Source: an uncultured Methanoregulaceae archaeon (lineage in GTDB: Archaea > Halobacteriota > Methanomicrobia > Methanomicrobiales > Methanospirillaceae). From it: 64,000 bases of DNA. The position numbers were made by a program, and so were the translations under genes. The notes beneath the pieces were generated by a model. It saw only the letters and a list, made by a program, of their open reading frames with translations. It was not told the DNA's origin and made no database searches. This document shows, piece after piece, positions 1 to 9,575 of this stretch (positions within the stretch are counted from its first letter, which is position 1; each line of letters begins with the position of its first letter). The stretch covers positions 2,368,001-2,432,000 of the forward strand of contig OY969564.1 of NCBI GenBank assembly GCA_963701095.1, given 5' to 3'.

Positions 1-1
1 T

Positions 2-346
2 GCGACCGCCTCAAAAGACGGCACACCAAACGTGGTCCCTATCGGGGTTGTCGAACTCGTCAGCGACGATACGATCTGGATCACGGACAATTTCATGAAC
101 AAATCGCTTGAAAATCTCAAGACCAACCCGAAGATTGCCCTCTATATCTGGGGCCCGGAGATCAAGGGCTGCTTCCAGATCAAGGGTCAGGCGACGGTTA
201 AGACCAGCGGCAAGGAATTCGATGAGATGAAGGTAAAGATCAACGCGAAGAACCCGGCCATGCCTGCACGTTCTCTTGTCATCGTAAAGATTACCGAGGT
301 CTTCGAATGCCAGCCGGGCGCTAACGCCGGCAGTAAAATCCTTTAA
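2..346 (+). CDS. Pyridoxamine 5'-phosphate oxidase-like FMN-binding protein (5' truncated by window edge)
   Basis: Frame open from base 2: ATASKDGTPNVVPIG...DNFMNKSLENLKTNPKIAL, typical of the PNPOx-like family. Confidence 0.85.
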   Translation, partial: ATASKDGTPNVVPIGVVELVSDDTIWITDNFMNKSLENLKTNPKIALYIWGPEIKGCFQIKGQATVKTSGKEFDEMKVKINAKNPAMPARSLVIVKITEVFECQPGANAGSKIL

Positions 347-510
347 CTTTTTTCACGTTCCGGTTCGTGAAGAAATCCGGGAAATTCCACGAGAGAAAAA
401 CGGAGAATCCACACGTATTGTACCTTGGGTCCGGATCAGGGCGTATTTGCAGAAAGAACAAAATCCTTATTGTACCGGGTCACCAAACACCTTCCAAAGA
501 AAGTGGATAT

Positions 511-833
511 ATGCCCGGTATAGCGATACTGCACAAGCGAAAAAGTCCGGTAATAAAAAAACTTGAAACTTCAGTCCCGGCTATCCGTTCCCGGTTCGGG
601 GTGACCCGGATCGGTATCTTCGGCTCGTTTGCCCGGGGTGAACAGACCCGGACGAGCGACGTTGACGTGCTGGTGGTTTTGCCAGCGGGTATGCAAACCT
701 GAAGAATTTTATCGGGCTTTCCGATTATCTCGAAGCACTGTTCCGGCGCAAAGTCGACCTCCTGACAGAACCCTCTATTTCTGATCTGATAAGGCCCTAT
801 ATCGAAAAGGATGTGATTTGGGTTGAAGGATGA
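511..833 (+). CDS. Minimal nucleotidyltransferase (MNT) antitoxin; frameshift near 678
   Basis: IGIFGSFARGEQTRTSDVDVLV motif; after restoring one base in the T-run it continues FASGYANLKNFIGLSDYLEALFRRKVDLLT...IEKDVIWVEG*. Confidence 0.85.
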
Positions 834-855
834 CCGACTCCTTTTAATCCAGTGA
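823..855 (+). pseudogene. Possible 5' stub of a HEPN/DUF86 toxin gene
   Basis: TTG start overlapping the MNT stop, reads (M)KDDRLLLIQ*, resembling DUF86 N-termini; no continuation found. Confidence 0.4.
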
Positions 856-987
856 CCATAATCATCGGATTAACAGGAACGGTTTTCTCCATCTGCCGCA
901 CCAGAGAAAACGAACCTTTTTAATCCCGCTGTAGCTGTCCACAGGCTTGCAGATACTATTAATTCCCGACGACTCAATAAAATTGAT

Positions 988-1659
988 ATGAAAAAGATCA
1001 ATTTTTTTCTGATTTTTATTTGTATTATCGTTATCTTATTTTCCGGGTGTACCAGCACCCCGAATAATGTGCCACCAGGTACTCCGGTGGTACCAACAAC
1101 AACCATGATTACGGTGGTTCCAGCACCTACCATCATGCCGGTACCTCCAGTACCGAATGGAACACCGGTAATTCAGGCCGCGGCAGTCATTACCACACCT
1201 GTTCCAGCGGTCAACATATCATCCGGAGTCAATACAACGGACCCGATACTCCACCGGTGGATCCGTGTCGAGGGCTCCCCGACGTCGGCTGATTCAACAG
1301 GTTACCAATACAAGTTCTTTCCCGAGGGAACCGTTGATTTCATTTCAGGCAATACAAGGATGGTGTCGGGCAATATTTTTATAGACCTCACGCAACCTTT
1401 TGTTGAATATTCAGGGACGTGGACCTATATCGGGAATGCAACCTACCTGGTTAAGTTACTCCCGAACGGATTGAGCGGTGTGACAATCCTCCGGGAATAT
1501 ACGCTGGTCCCGGCCCACATCGATCCAAGTTATCCGGGAATAACAATCCCGGCACACATCCAGAGTTCGTACGAGACGCAGCTTATTGGGTATGGAAGTA
1601 ACCGGGAAAGTCCGAATGAAGATCTTATGTACTACCCCGAGCAAGCATCGGTCGATTAA
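988..1659 (+). CDS. Hypothetical lipoprotein with Pro/Thr-rich linker
   Basis: Signal peptide with lipobox LFSGC, PT-rich stalk, globular C-terminal domain. Confidence 0.75.
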   Translation: MKKINFFLIFICIIVILFSGCTSTPNNVPPGTPVVPTTTMITVVPAPTIMPVPPVPNGTPVIQAAAVITTPVPAVNISSGVNTTDPILHRWIRVEGSPTSADSTGYQYKFFPEGTVDFISGNTRMVSGNIFIDLTQPFVEYSGTWTYIGNATYLVKLLPNGLSGVTILREYTLVPAHIDPSYPGITIPAHIQSSYETQLIGYGSNRESPNEDLMYYPEQASVD

Positions 1660-1780
1660 CTCTTTTTGATAAAGTGGACAATTGACAAAATCCTGTATTT
1701 TTTTCTGTGAACCCGACCCGGTCCTTTCTTTAAAAACAATTTTTAGTTACTTGATTCTCTCACTATCCGTTTTTGCAAAC

Positions 1781-1973
1781 ATGCAACGGGTTTTATGTAG
1801 TATCCGCGAAAGGAGAGATTAAAATCGTTTGAGTGAGCGGAGTTGAACCTGACATGGATAAAAAACCGAGAGTGAAGCCCGGGGAATCAGTTACCAAAGT
1901 TGACGCTGGAGACTTACGGACGAACAGGGAAAAAGCACGGGATGGCATGTCCACGGAGGATATCCGCACAGCT
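1781..1973 (+). repeat. Direct repeat A, copy 1 (upstream region plus small ORF 5' part)
   Basis: Collinear with 4201-4383 (ATGCAACGGG-TTTATGTAGTATCC...GGGGAATCAGTTACCA..TTGACGCTGGAGACTTAC...CCACGGAGGATAT). Confidence 0.95.
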
Positions 1974-2003
1974 GACTGGGGCAAGAAAAAACGTTCCCCC
2001 TGA
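1854..2003 (+). CDS. Small hypothetical protein (49 aa), paralog of 4274-4450
   Basis: MDKKPRVKPGESVTKVDAGDLRTNREKARDGMSTEDIRTADWGKKKRSP; frame conserved between the two copies. Confidence 0.6.
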   Translation: MDKKPRVKPGESVTKVDAGDLRTNREKARDGMSTEDIRTADWGKKKRSP

Positions 2004-2007
2004 TCCC

Positions 2008-2132
2008 AAAGGCAGCCAACAGCAACACTACGTTTTAAGGATCGGATGTATGGCGTTGGTGCAGGCACGGCTATTCGTGAATTTTTCAACCCGAAAGATT
2101 TTGCATTTCAGCCGCAGGCGCAAACAGGATCT
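2008..2132 (+). repeat. Degenerate repeat B, copy 1 (relic of SnoaL gene 3' end plus trailer)
   Basis: AAAGGCAGCCAACAGCAACACTACGTTTTAAGGATCGGATGTA matches 11403-11445; similarity continues to ~11524. Confidence 0.85.
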
Positions 2133-2217
2133 CCAGCGGGTCTTCGTGAGATAGCATACATCTTCATCCTTACCCGTTTTCCGGACAATCAACGCAGGCT
2201 GACAGGGAGATTCCGTA

Positions 2218-4038
2218 TCATGGAGATTTTTGTTTCCGGCACGCTGCCAGATAATCTGCCTGAACGTAGGTCCTCAAAATATCAGATCGCGTAAGAAAAC
2301 CAGATAGGATATCCGGTGTTTCCGGTCGGACAACCGGCATGTGATCGAAGTTGTGGCCGACCATGAACACGAGAGCGTCCTCAAGGGTATCATCCGGGTG
2401 GATAACCACGGGAGGAGACGTCATGGCTTCGCGTATACTTGGATAGGTCTTGTCTGCTACGCGGATGGTGCTCACGTCACGGTTTGTAACGATCCCGACA
2501 AGCCGGCCGTTCTCAACGACGGGAAAACCGGTGTGCCCGGTCTTTGCCATAAGGTCGATAATTTTTGCCGGTTCGTCTGAGGGGGAGAGCGTAATAACGG
2601 ACTCCCCCGGGATCATGGCATCCCGGACAAAGATCCCTTCGAGTGTCTCATGATCGTATTCCCCGCGATGGGCACCGGATTGTGCTTTTGTCGGTACCTG
2701 GTCCCTGAATATCGTATTTTCCCCGGTCAACAAATGGGAAACTGCGACTGCGGCCATGGCCGGTATCAGGATCGTAACGCTCCCCACCATCTCGACAACC
2801 ATGATCAGCACAGCAATGGGCGCATTTGCCACCGCACCGAACAGGGAGATCATGCCGACGACAATAAACACGGGGATCGTTTCCAGAGGTACATATGCCG
2901 GGAAAAACAGGTGCAGGATGATACCAAACCCCGCCCCGACAGAAGCACCGATAGTAAGCCCCGGGCCAAACACACCACCACTCCCTCCTGAGCCAAGCGT
3001 GAGGGACGTTGCGAGGATCTTGAGAAACGGCAGCAGCAGGATCACGGCAAGCGGGAGCAGGGAATACAACATGAGCTGGTCAAAACCGTAACCGGAACCA
3101 AGAGCGGAAAGACCGAGTGTTTCTGCCTCGGGAGAGATGAGTGCAAGTGCAGTGACAAGAATACCGAGAATAAGCGCTCCCGAAACCGGCTTTAAGTACA
3201 TAGGGAGGTTATACCGTTTGAACGCGGCCGTAAACCAGTCGCGGCTCCCGTAAAAAAGAAAGATGTAGAGGAGCCCGAACGCTGCACATAAAACGCCGAG
3301 CAGGAGAAAAAGGGGGATCTGCCACAGTGTCCACGAGAGAGGGGTAAGTGAGAAGACGGGCGCGTATCCTTCAAAAAGCCCGAAGATAGCATAACCAATC
3401 ACGGAGGCAAGAAATGCCGGAATAATGGCGTCGGATTCGAAATCCCGGGTGTAGAGGACTTCTGCTGCAAGCACTGCTCCGCCGAGAGGTGCCTTGAATA
3501 TAGTCCCGATACCCGCTCCTATGCCGGTCGTAAGCGCTATTCTTCTCTCTTTTGGGGAGAGGCCGAGCATATCGGCCACAACGGATCCGAAACCTGCCGA
3601 GATCTGGGCCGCAGGGCCTTCTCTCCCTGCGCTCCCACCGGTTGATATGGTAAGAATTGCCGTTACGGCTTTTAAGACCGGGACCCTCTTCCGTATCCTG
3701 CCGGTTCCATGGAATGCCTTTATTGCTGCGTCTGTACCATGACCTTCGGTTTCCGGGGCAAACCGGGTGATGAGGAGTCCGGTCAGGAGACTGCCGAATA
3801 TGAGAATTGGGATCAGGAGGAAGAGCGAATGGGGCTCGGACCACTGGCTGATCACCGCAACGCTCTGGCCTTCCTGAGGGTAAACATACTGCAGGATATA
3901 CCCCATGAAAAATGCAATGCCCCATTTGAGCCCTTCATAAAAAAGGAGAGATCCGAAACCAGCAATAACACCGACTACTATTGCGATGATGATGGTCCGT
4001 TTTGTCGGCGTAATTCCGGGAGGGAGAGAAAAATCCAT
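2218..4038 (-). CDS. CLC chloride channel/antiporter with C-terminal CBS pair
   Basis: GHGTD, GSAGREGP and GGVFGP signatures, many TM helices, two CBS domains. Confidence 0.95.
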   Translation of the reverse strand: MDFSLPPGITPTKRTIIIAIVVGVIAGFGSLLFYEGLKWGIAFFMGYILQYVYPQEGQSVAVISQWSEPHSLFLLIPILIFGSLLTGLLITRFAPETEGHGTDAAIKAFHGTGRIRKRVPVLKAVTAILTISTGGSAGREGPAAQISAGFGSVVADMLGLSPKERRIALTTGIGAGIGTIFKAPLGGAVLAAEVLYTRDFESDAIIPAFLASVIGYAIFGLFEGYAPVFSLTPLSWTLWQIPLFLLLGVLCAAFGLLYIFLFYGSRDWFTAAFKRYNLPMYLKPVSGALILGILVTALALISPEAETLGLSALGSGYGFDQLMLYSLLPLAVILLLPFLKILATSLTLGSGGSGGVFGPGLTIGASVGAGFGIILHLFFPAYVPLETIPVFIVVGMISLFGAVANAPIAVLIMVVEMVGSVTILIPAMAAVAVSHLLTGENTIFRDQVPTKAQSGAHRGEYDHETLEGIFVRDAMIPGESVITLSPSDEPAKIIDLMAKTGHTGFPVVENGRLVGIVTNRDVSTIRVADKTYPSIREAMTSPPVVIHPDDTLEDALVFMVGHNFDHMPVVRPETPDILSGFLTRSDILRTYVQADYLAACRKQKSP

Positions 4039-4200
4039 GTATCCAGTGGTTTTTTACTTTTTTCCCGATTGTATTTCAGGGTTCTTATTCACGGTTCTGA
4101 TGCGTCTTCGGGACGTTTAAATACGGACCAGAGCAGAATCACGACCGATTGAATCTCGTTACATCCCGCGGAACCAGAACCTCAACTATCAGTCCCAACT

Positions 4201-4383
4201 ATGCAACGGGATTTATGTAGTATCCTCGACAGGAGAGAATAAAATTGTTTGAATGAACGGAGTTGAACTTAACATGGATAAAAAACCGATAGTGAAGCCT
4301 GGGGAATCAGTTACCAGGGTTGACGCTGGAGACTTACAGACGAACAGGGAAAAGATATGGGACGGCTTGGCCACGGAGGATAT
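4201..4383 (+). repeat. Direct repeat A, copy 2
   Basis: Collinear with 1781-1973. Confidence 0.95.
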
Positions 4384-4450
4384 AGTTCCCTTACAAGCAG
4401 TACTAAGAAAAAATTATTATACGATCGACAATACAGGGGGACATTTATGA
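4274..4450 (+). CDS. Small hypothetical protein, paralog of 1854-2003 with a different C-terminus
   Basis: MDKKPIVKPGESVTRVDAGDLQTNREKIWDGLATEDI...; stop overlaps next ATG (ATGA). Confidence 0.5.
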   Translation: MDKKPIVKPGESVTRVDAGDLQTNREKIWDGLATEDIVPLQAVLRKNYYTIDNTGGHL

Positions 4451-4812
4451 TAGAAAAAAAAGCAGCACGGGGAAATATCCAGTGGTTCCACGTAACAGGA
4501 AAGCTTACAGAAGAAGATTATACCAATAATCTCATCCCGGAACTGGAAAGAGCGCTCGAGCAGTACAAAAAGATACGCCTGCTTATCCAGGTCGAATATT
4601 TTGGCGGCTGGACTGAAGGAGGTGCCTGGGAAGAACTGAAAGGATGGAAGCAGTTCTCAAAAGTCGAACGTATTGCCATTGTCGCTGACGATTCCTGGGA
4701 TGAATGGGTGACATGGATGGTAAAGATCACCGGAATAATTACCGGCACCTCAGTCAGGTTTTTTAAAGCAGGAAGGATTGAGGAAGCCTGGGACTGGCTT
4801 GAATCTATGTAG
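4447..4812 (+). CDS. STAS/SEC14 (SpoIIAA-like) protein
   Basis: VTGKLTEEDY...FGGWTEGGAWEE...ERIAIVAD...VRFF...EAWDWL pattern. Confidence 0.85.
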   Translation: MIEKKAARGNIQWFHVTGKLTEEDYTNNLIPELERALEQYKKIRLLIQVEYFGGWTEGGAWEELKGWKQFSKVERIAIVADDSWDEWVTWMVKITGIITGTSVRFFKAGRIEEAWDWLESM

Positions 4813-4937
4813 ACCTTTTTTCGCTGTCGTTTTGTTAAAAGCAAAGTCGATTCCCGGTTCTGGTCCGGGAGTTCTCTTGTCCCTTCGGATTCTAAGAACA
4901 GGAGTGGATTAACTCAACAAAGTGCAACAGATTGTTC

Positions 4938-5084
4938 TCACACCATCATGACAATCCCGATAACGACTAAGATTATGCCAATAATAATCACTACTGTACC
5001 AATCGGTGCAAACAGGGGCATCCCCAGGAGAAGTATCCCCAGAATTATCAGAAGTAACCCGGTTATAGCGAAGTGTGCAACCAT
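4938..5084 (-). CDS. Small two-helix membrane protein
   Basis: 48 aa, almost entirely hydrophobic; GGAGGG RBS upstream. Confidence 0.55.
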   Translation of the reverse strand: MVAHFAITGLLLIILGILLLGMPLFAPIGTVVIIIGIILVVIGIVMMV

Positions 5085-5223
5085 CCTGTTTCCCTCCCAT
5101 GTAGTGAATAGTGATCCCCTTTTCTTCAAGGTTATGGTGTGTACCACCGATGCTTCGACCGGTTTTGATGACGACGAGGTCTTTTTTCACGTCTCGTGTG
5201 TTGAAAGGGAATAAAAAAAGGTT

Positions 5224-5883
5224 TTAGACCATCACAGCATGGATGATCGTCACGTTCTGGAGGGGGCGGTTATTTGCATCGGTAGGCACATTGCCGATTG
5301 CATCGACAACGTCCATACCGGAGACAACGGTCCCGAAGACCGGGTAATGGCTGTCAAAACCGGGCTGGAGGGCACTGTTGTTCACGAGATTGATAAAGAA
5401 CTGGGAACCACCGCTGTCGGGTTGCCCGGTATTTGCCATGGCCACCGCTCCGGGACTATTCGTTTCGTTGGTTGGTTCGTCCGGTATCGTGTAGCCCGGT
5501 CCTCCCATACCGGTACCGGTGGGGTCACCACCCTGGATCATAAAACCGCTGATAACCCTGTGGAAGACGGTATTATCATAGAAGCCTTTCTGCACGAGGG
5601 TCGCGAAGTTCCCCGCCGTTACCGGCATTTTTGGATCGAGAGCGATGGTAATGTTACCCATGGTCGTCTCCAGCAGCACCTCCTTACCGGCCAGTGCAGA
5701 AGGAGCAGCCATGTTCGTTGTCGTGGCTGTTATCGTGTTGGATTGGGGTTCCGGCGTGGGAGCCACCGGGGTTGTAGCTGGGGGAATGGTGGTCCCTGCC
5801 GGTGCTGGCTGGGTACATCCTGCACAGAACACCAGTGCTGCTGCAAGAAGAACAAAAATACACAATTTCCACGGTAAAGACAT
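5224..5883 (-). CDS. Cyclophilin-type peptidyl-prolyl isomerase, lipoprotein
   Basis: Lipobox CAGC; FHRVISGFMIQGGDPTGTGMGGPGY and SQFFIN motifs. Confidence 0.95.
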   Translation of the reverse strand: MSLPWKLCIFVLLAAALVFCAGCTQPAPAGTTIPPATTPVAPTPEPQSNTITATTTNMAAPSALAGKEVLLETTMGNITIALDPKMPVTAGNFATLVQKGFYDNTVFHRVISGFMIQGGDPTGTGMGGPGYTIPDEPTNETNSPGAVAMANTGQPDSGGSQFFINLVNNSALQPGFDSHYPVFGTVVSGMDVVDAIGNVPTDANNRPLQNVTIIHAVMV

Positions 5884-6004
5884 GACTCCTTTTTTGTGCG
5901 TCACAGGAAAAATAGGTTGCGGGGACCCTGTCAAATTTTAAAACGGGATGGCGGTACCGTCCCCTGAGGCCCCCGCGGACTTCAAAGATGCAACCACAAA
6001 AAGA

Positions 6005-8419
6005 TCATGAATATGGGTGGATCTTCCTGAACAACAATACCTTAACCTGGTCGTTAATCACAAACCACGCCAATGCATAGCCCCAGACGATAAGAGCAAG
6101 CGGCCACCCGATGGGTGTCATAACGTAAACACCAAATATAGCGATAAGTGTTGCGGCCAGCTGGGTTATTTCTGCGGTGCCAAAGAGAGAGAGGGCTGGC
6201 AAAGGCCGTTCCCAGAAGTGCTGCTGGCCGGTACGGGCAAGGTAAATCGTGAGGTGACCGGCAACTGCCAGTTTGAGGAATACGAGTGTCTGTATCACGC
6301 CGGCATCAAGATGGAAATATTCCCGGGCTACCCAGAGGAGGATAAAACTTGACACAACACCGAGAACCCCGAGAATCGAAGCGAGAGTCAGGATGCGGTT
6401 CATCTGCCAGCGTACGGGCTTCGCTGCGACCGGTGCATTATCAAAGGCGATCATCATAATAGGAAGGTCGTTGAGGATGGCGAGCACGACCAGCATCAGC
6501 GCGGTAACCGGGTAAAAATCAAGGAGCACAATACACAGGGTCAGGAATATCAGGACCCGTACCGTCTCGGCGATCCGGTAGACTGCGTAATTTTCCATCC
6601 GCCGGAATATCTCCCGGCTCCGCTCGATCGCATCGATGATAACCGAGAGCCCGGGTTTTGTCAGGACGATATCGGCAGCAGATTTTGCAGCATCGGTTGC
6701 ACCGGCGACCGCAATACCGGCATCTGCCTCCCGGAGTGCCGGTGCATCATTCACGCCGTCCCCGGTCATCCCGACAATATGGTTTCCAGCCTGGAGGATT
6801 TTCACAATACGGAACTTGTCTTCCGGGAGGACCTGGGCAAACCCGTCGGCTGCCTCCATTTGTTTCCGGGACTCATCCCCGTCACCGGCTGTGAGTGCCG
6901 TCCGGGGAAGGATGTTTGGGCCAAGGCCAACTTTTCCGGCGATCTCCTGTGCAATGGCGACATGGTCCCCGGTGACCATTTTCACGTTCACGCCATGTTT
7001 TTGCGCCTCGGCGATCGTGGCCGCAGCATCCTCCCGGGGCGGGTCGAAAAGCCCGATCAGGCCAAGATACTGCCATGTACCGTCCGGTCGTGTCCGGCCG
7101 ACACCAAGTGCCCGGTACCCTTTTTCCGCAAACGCTGTTACCCAGCCGTCCAGCGTCGAAGCGAGTACCGTTTCCGTCCCGGCAAGGGAGGCAATTGCCT
7201 GGGGAGCGCCCTTTGCCACTTCCATGACCGTACCGCCGGCGTTCCTGACCTTTGCCTTTGCATACTTTGAGTCGGGATCGAACGGCACAAAATCGATAAC
7301 CTCGTACCCCTGGGTACCGGGCTCTCCGGAAAGAGACTCGGCTTTTTTGATGATCGCCATATCGATGGGATCATTGCTCTCTTTTTTTGACGCCAGCGCC
7401 GCCGCGATAATGACATCCTGCTCGGAAACCCCCGGGAATGTCCTGATCTCGCCGATGCTGATGGAGTTCTGGGTGATTGTCCCGGTCTTATCGGAGCAGA
7501 GGATATCCATGCCTGCCATCTCTTCAATGGCGGAAAGCCGGCTGACAATCGCCTCCTTTTTTGCGAGCGACACGGCCCCGACGGCAAGGGTAACCGTCAT
7601 CACAGCGGGTAGTGCCGCGGGAATTGCTGCTACGACAAGGATAAGGGCGAACTGAAGGGTGTCTACAAAGGATTCAGACCGTATGAGCGCAACGATAAAA
7701 ATGAAGCTGACCAGCACAACGGCGAGAATAATAAGATAATTCCCGATCCGTTCGATGGCTGCCTGGAAATGGCTTCGCGGGGATTTTACCTGGACAAGCC
7801 GGGCTGTCCTGCCAAAAAAAGTGTTTCCTCCTGTTGTCGTGACTTTTGCATCCATCTCGCCCTGGCGGACGATGGATCCTGAGTAAACCGTGTCCCCTGG
7901 TTTCTTTTCGACCGGGAGGGATTCCCCGGTCAGCGCCGATTCATCGAGCAGGAGGTATTTCCCGTTTCCCAAAAGGGCATCTGCCGGCACAATATCCCCG
8001 AGCCGGATATGGACGGTATCCCCGGGCACGAGTTCACGGGCCGGGATCTCCTGCCAGGTCCCGTCACGGAGCACACGGGCATTGGGCGCGAGCTGTTTTT
8101 TTAAGAGTTCAATCGCGTTTTCCGCTTTTCTCTCCTGGAGAAATCCGACAACCGCATTGGTCATGAGAAGGAGCAGAATGACGGCAAAATCTTCCCAGTT
8201 CGCAATTGCTGCCGACAGAATAGCGGCTGCTTCGATCATCCATGGGATAGGGCCCCAGAAATAGGAAAGGAATTTGAGCACCGGGTGTTTCTTTTCTACG
8301 GGAAGATCGTTGAAGCCGAACTGTTGCCGGAGGCCGGTTACTTCCGGAGCGGTAAGTCCGTTCGACGATCCCTGATCCGGTGCTACTGTAGTATCCGGGA
8401 TGATCGGATCACCAGTCAT
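6005..8419 (-). CDS. Plasma-membrane proton-efflux P-type ATPase (type IIIA)
   Basis: LTGES, CSDKTGT, TGDGVNDAP; AILND acidic residue in TM6; FWGPIPWMIE N-terminal motif. Confidence 0.95.
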   Translation of the reverse strand: MTGDPIIPDTTVAPDQGSSNGLTAPEVTGLRQQFGFNDLPVEKKHPVLKFLSYFWGPIPWMIEAAAILSAAIANWEDFAVILLLLMTNAVVGFLQERKAENAIELLKKQLAPNARVLRDGTWQEIPARELVPGDTVHIRLGDIVPADALLGNGKYLLLDESALTGESLPVEKKPGDTVYSGSIVRQGEMDAKVTTTGGNTFFGRTARLVQVKSPRSHFQAAIERIGNYLIILAVVLVSFIFIVALIRSESFVDTLQFALILVVAAIPAALPAVMTVTLAVGAVSLAKKEAIVSRLSAIEEMAGMDILCSDKTGTITQNSISIGEIRTFPGVSEQDVIIAAALASKKESNDPIDMAIIKKAESLSGEPGTQGYEVIDFVPFDPDSKYAKAKVRNAGGTVMEVAKGAPQAIASLAGTETVLASTLDGWVTAFAEKGYRALGVGRTRPDGTWQYLGLIGLFDPPREDAAATIAEAQKHGVNVKMVTGDHVAIAQEIAGKVGLGPNILPRTALTAGDGDESRKQMEAADGFAQVLPEDKFRIVKILQAGNHIVGMTGDGVNDAPALREADAGIAVAGATDAAKSAADIVLTKPGLSVIIDAIERSREIFRRMENYAVYRIAETVRVLIFLTLCIVLLDFYPVTALMLVVLAILNDLPIMMIAFDNAPVAAKPVRWQMNRILTLASILGVLGVVSSFILLWVAREYFHLDAGVIQTLVFLKLAVAGHLTIYLARTGQQHFWERPLPALSLFGTAEITQLAATLIAIFGVYVMTPIGWPLALIVWGYALAWFVINDQVKVLLFRKIHPYS

Positions 8420-9097
8420 TAAAATCGATTCCCTGTTCTCTCTCACAATAATATAAGGATACTGATAGGACTGTTTTCGGCAGGAGATTTTTTTTGAAAT
8501 TACAACGTGGAGCTGTTTTTGCGTTTTTGGGGAACTCAACGAAAATAATCCCTCCGATGCTCCGGGTAACGATGTAAATGCGACTGCTTAACAGAACTGT
8601 CATAAATCTTTGATAAAGGCATGGCAGGGCTCGTTCTTTGAATCGCCACGCACCGGAAGTCCTGTTCGTCAGATATACATCCCAAATCAGTCCATTTTCG
8701 GCAAAAATCGTTGTGAATGGCGATAAATTTACCAAAATAAATCATTTTTACTGCTATTTTTATTTGAAAAACTATAAATACAACTCTGATATAATATCAA
8801 TGTAAGGATGGAGGTGAAGGTTTAGATGTGCATGAATCAGATGTACCGGGATCCTGACATTCCGGACGAGGATTTCAGGGATCATATTATGGAAAAAATG
8901 CCCGGCGACGACCCGGTTTCCTCCGTCACGTCGAGCACATACATTTCCCCCAAACGGTAATAATACCATACTCCGGGCCGCCCTTTCGCTTCCGGGACCG
9001 TCAGTGGCCGAAACAATATATCCCCGACCCGGGTAACCGGGAAGATTCCGGTCTCTTTTCAAAATGTTTATCAATCCCGTGAACGGATTTTGTCCTG

Positions 9098-9475
9098 ATG
9101 AATACAGTACAAAAACGGGAGCATGTTCACCCGCGGTACTGGAGTTATTTTTTTGTCATCGCAAGTGTACTCATCGGTTTCGGTGCCGGTCTGCTCACCG
9201 GTTATCCGGGGTCGGGGACGTTCATCGGCCTGGGACTGGGGATTCTCGGCTCCACGTTCATGCACCGGGTGGAGCATGTAGACGGGGTTGTCGTTGTGCA
9301 GCCGCGCAAATCAAACTGGCCTCTTGTGTTCCTTGGCATAGTGTTTATCGTCTTTGGTATGGGTATCGTGCTCGCCCTGTGGCCGTATATTATCGCCTTT
9401 CTCTTCATCGTTCTGGGGATCTGGGTCCTCGTCCATGGTTATGTAAAACCCTACTACATTTTAATGCGAAAATGA
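9098..9475 (+). CDS. Four-helix membrane protein (paralog of 28007-28595 TM region)
   Basis: Gly-rich TM helices IGLGLG and IVFG...LWPYI shared with 28007-28595. Confidence 0.75.
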   Translation: MNTVQKREHVHPRYWSYFFVIASVLIGFGAGLLTGYPGSGTFIGLGLGILGSTFMHRVEHVDGVVVVQPRKSNWPLVFLGIVFIVFGMGIVLALWPYIIAFLFIVLGIWVLVHGYVKPYYILMRK

Positions 9476-9575
9476 ATAAACCCGTAAAAGGTGTCCGATA
9501 TGTATTGCTGTTTTATTACAGTGCCGGATGTAAACATGCGTATATAGATTCAAAAGAAAAGTATACGGTATACCC

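Noticed and set aside
2218..4200. CLC as a fluoride exporter (CLC-F) with riboswitch
   Set aside because: Motifs are GHGTD/GREGP/GVFGP, not GNNLI/GREGT/GEVTP, and no riboswitch pattern is visible upstream
6636..7655. Long antisense ORFs (also 57044-58024, 55358-56110, 47503-48228)
   Set aside because: Shadows of well-supported genes on the opposite strand, with no motifs of their own
8409..9074. Short ORFs upstream of the H+-ATPase
   Set aside because: Overlapping candidates without motifs or clear RBS; none can be supported
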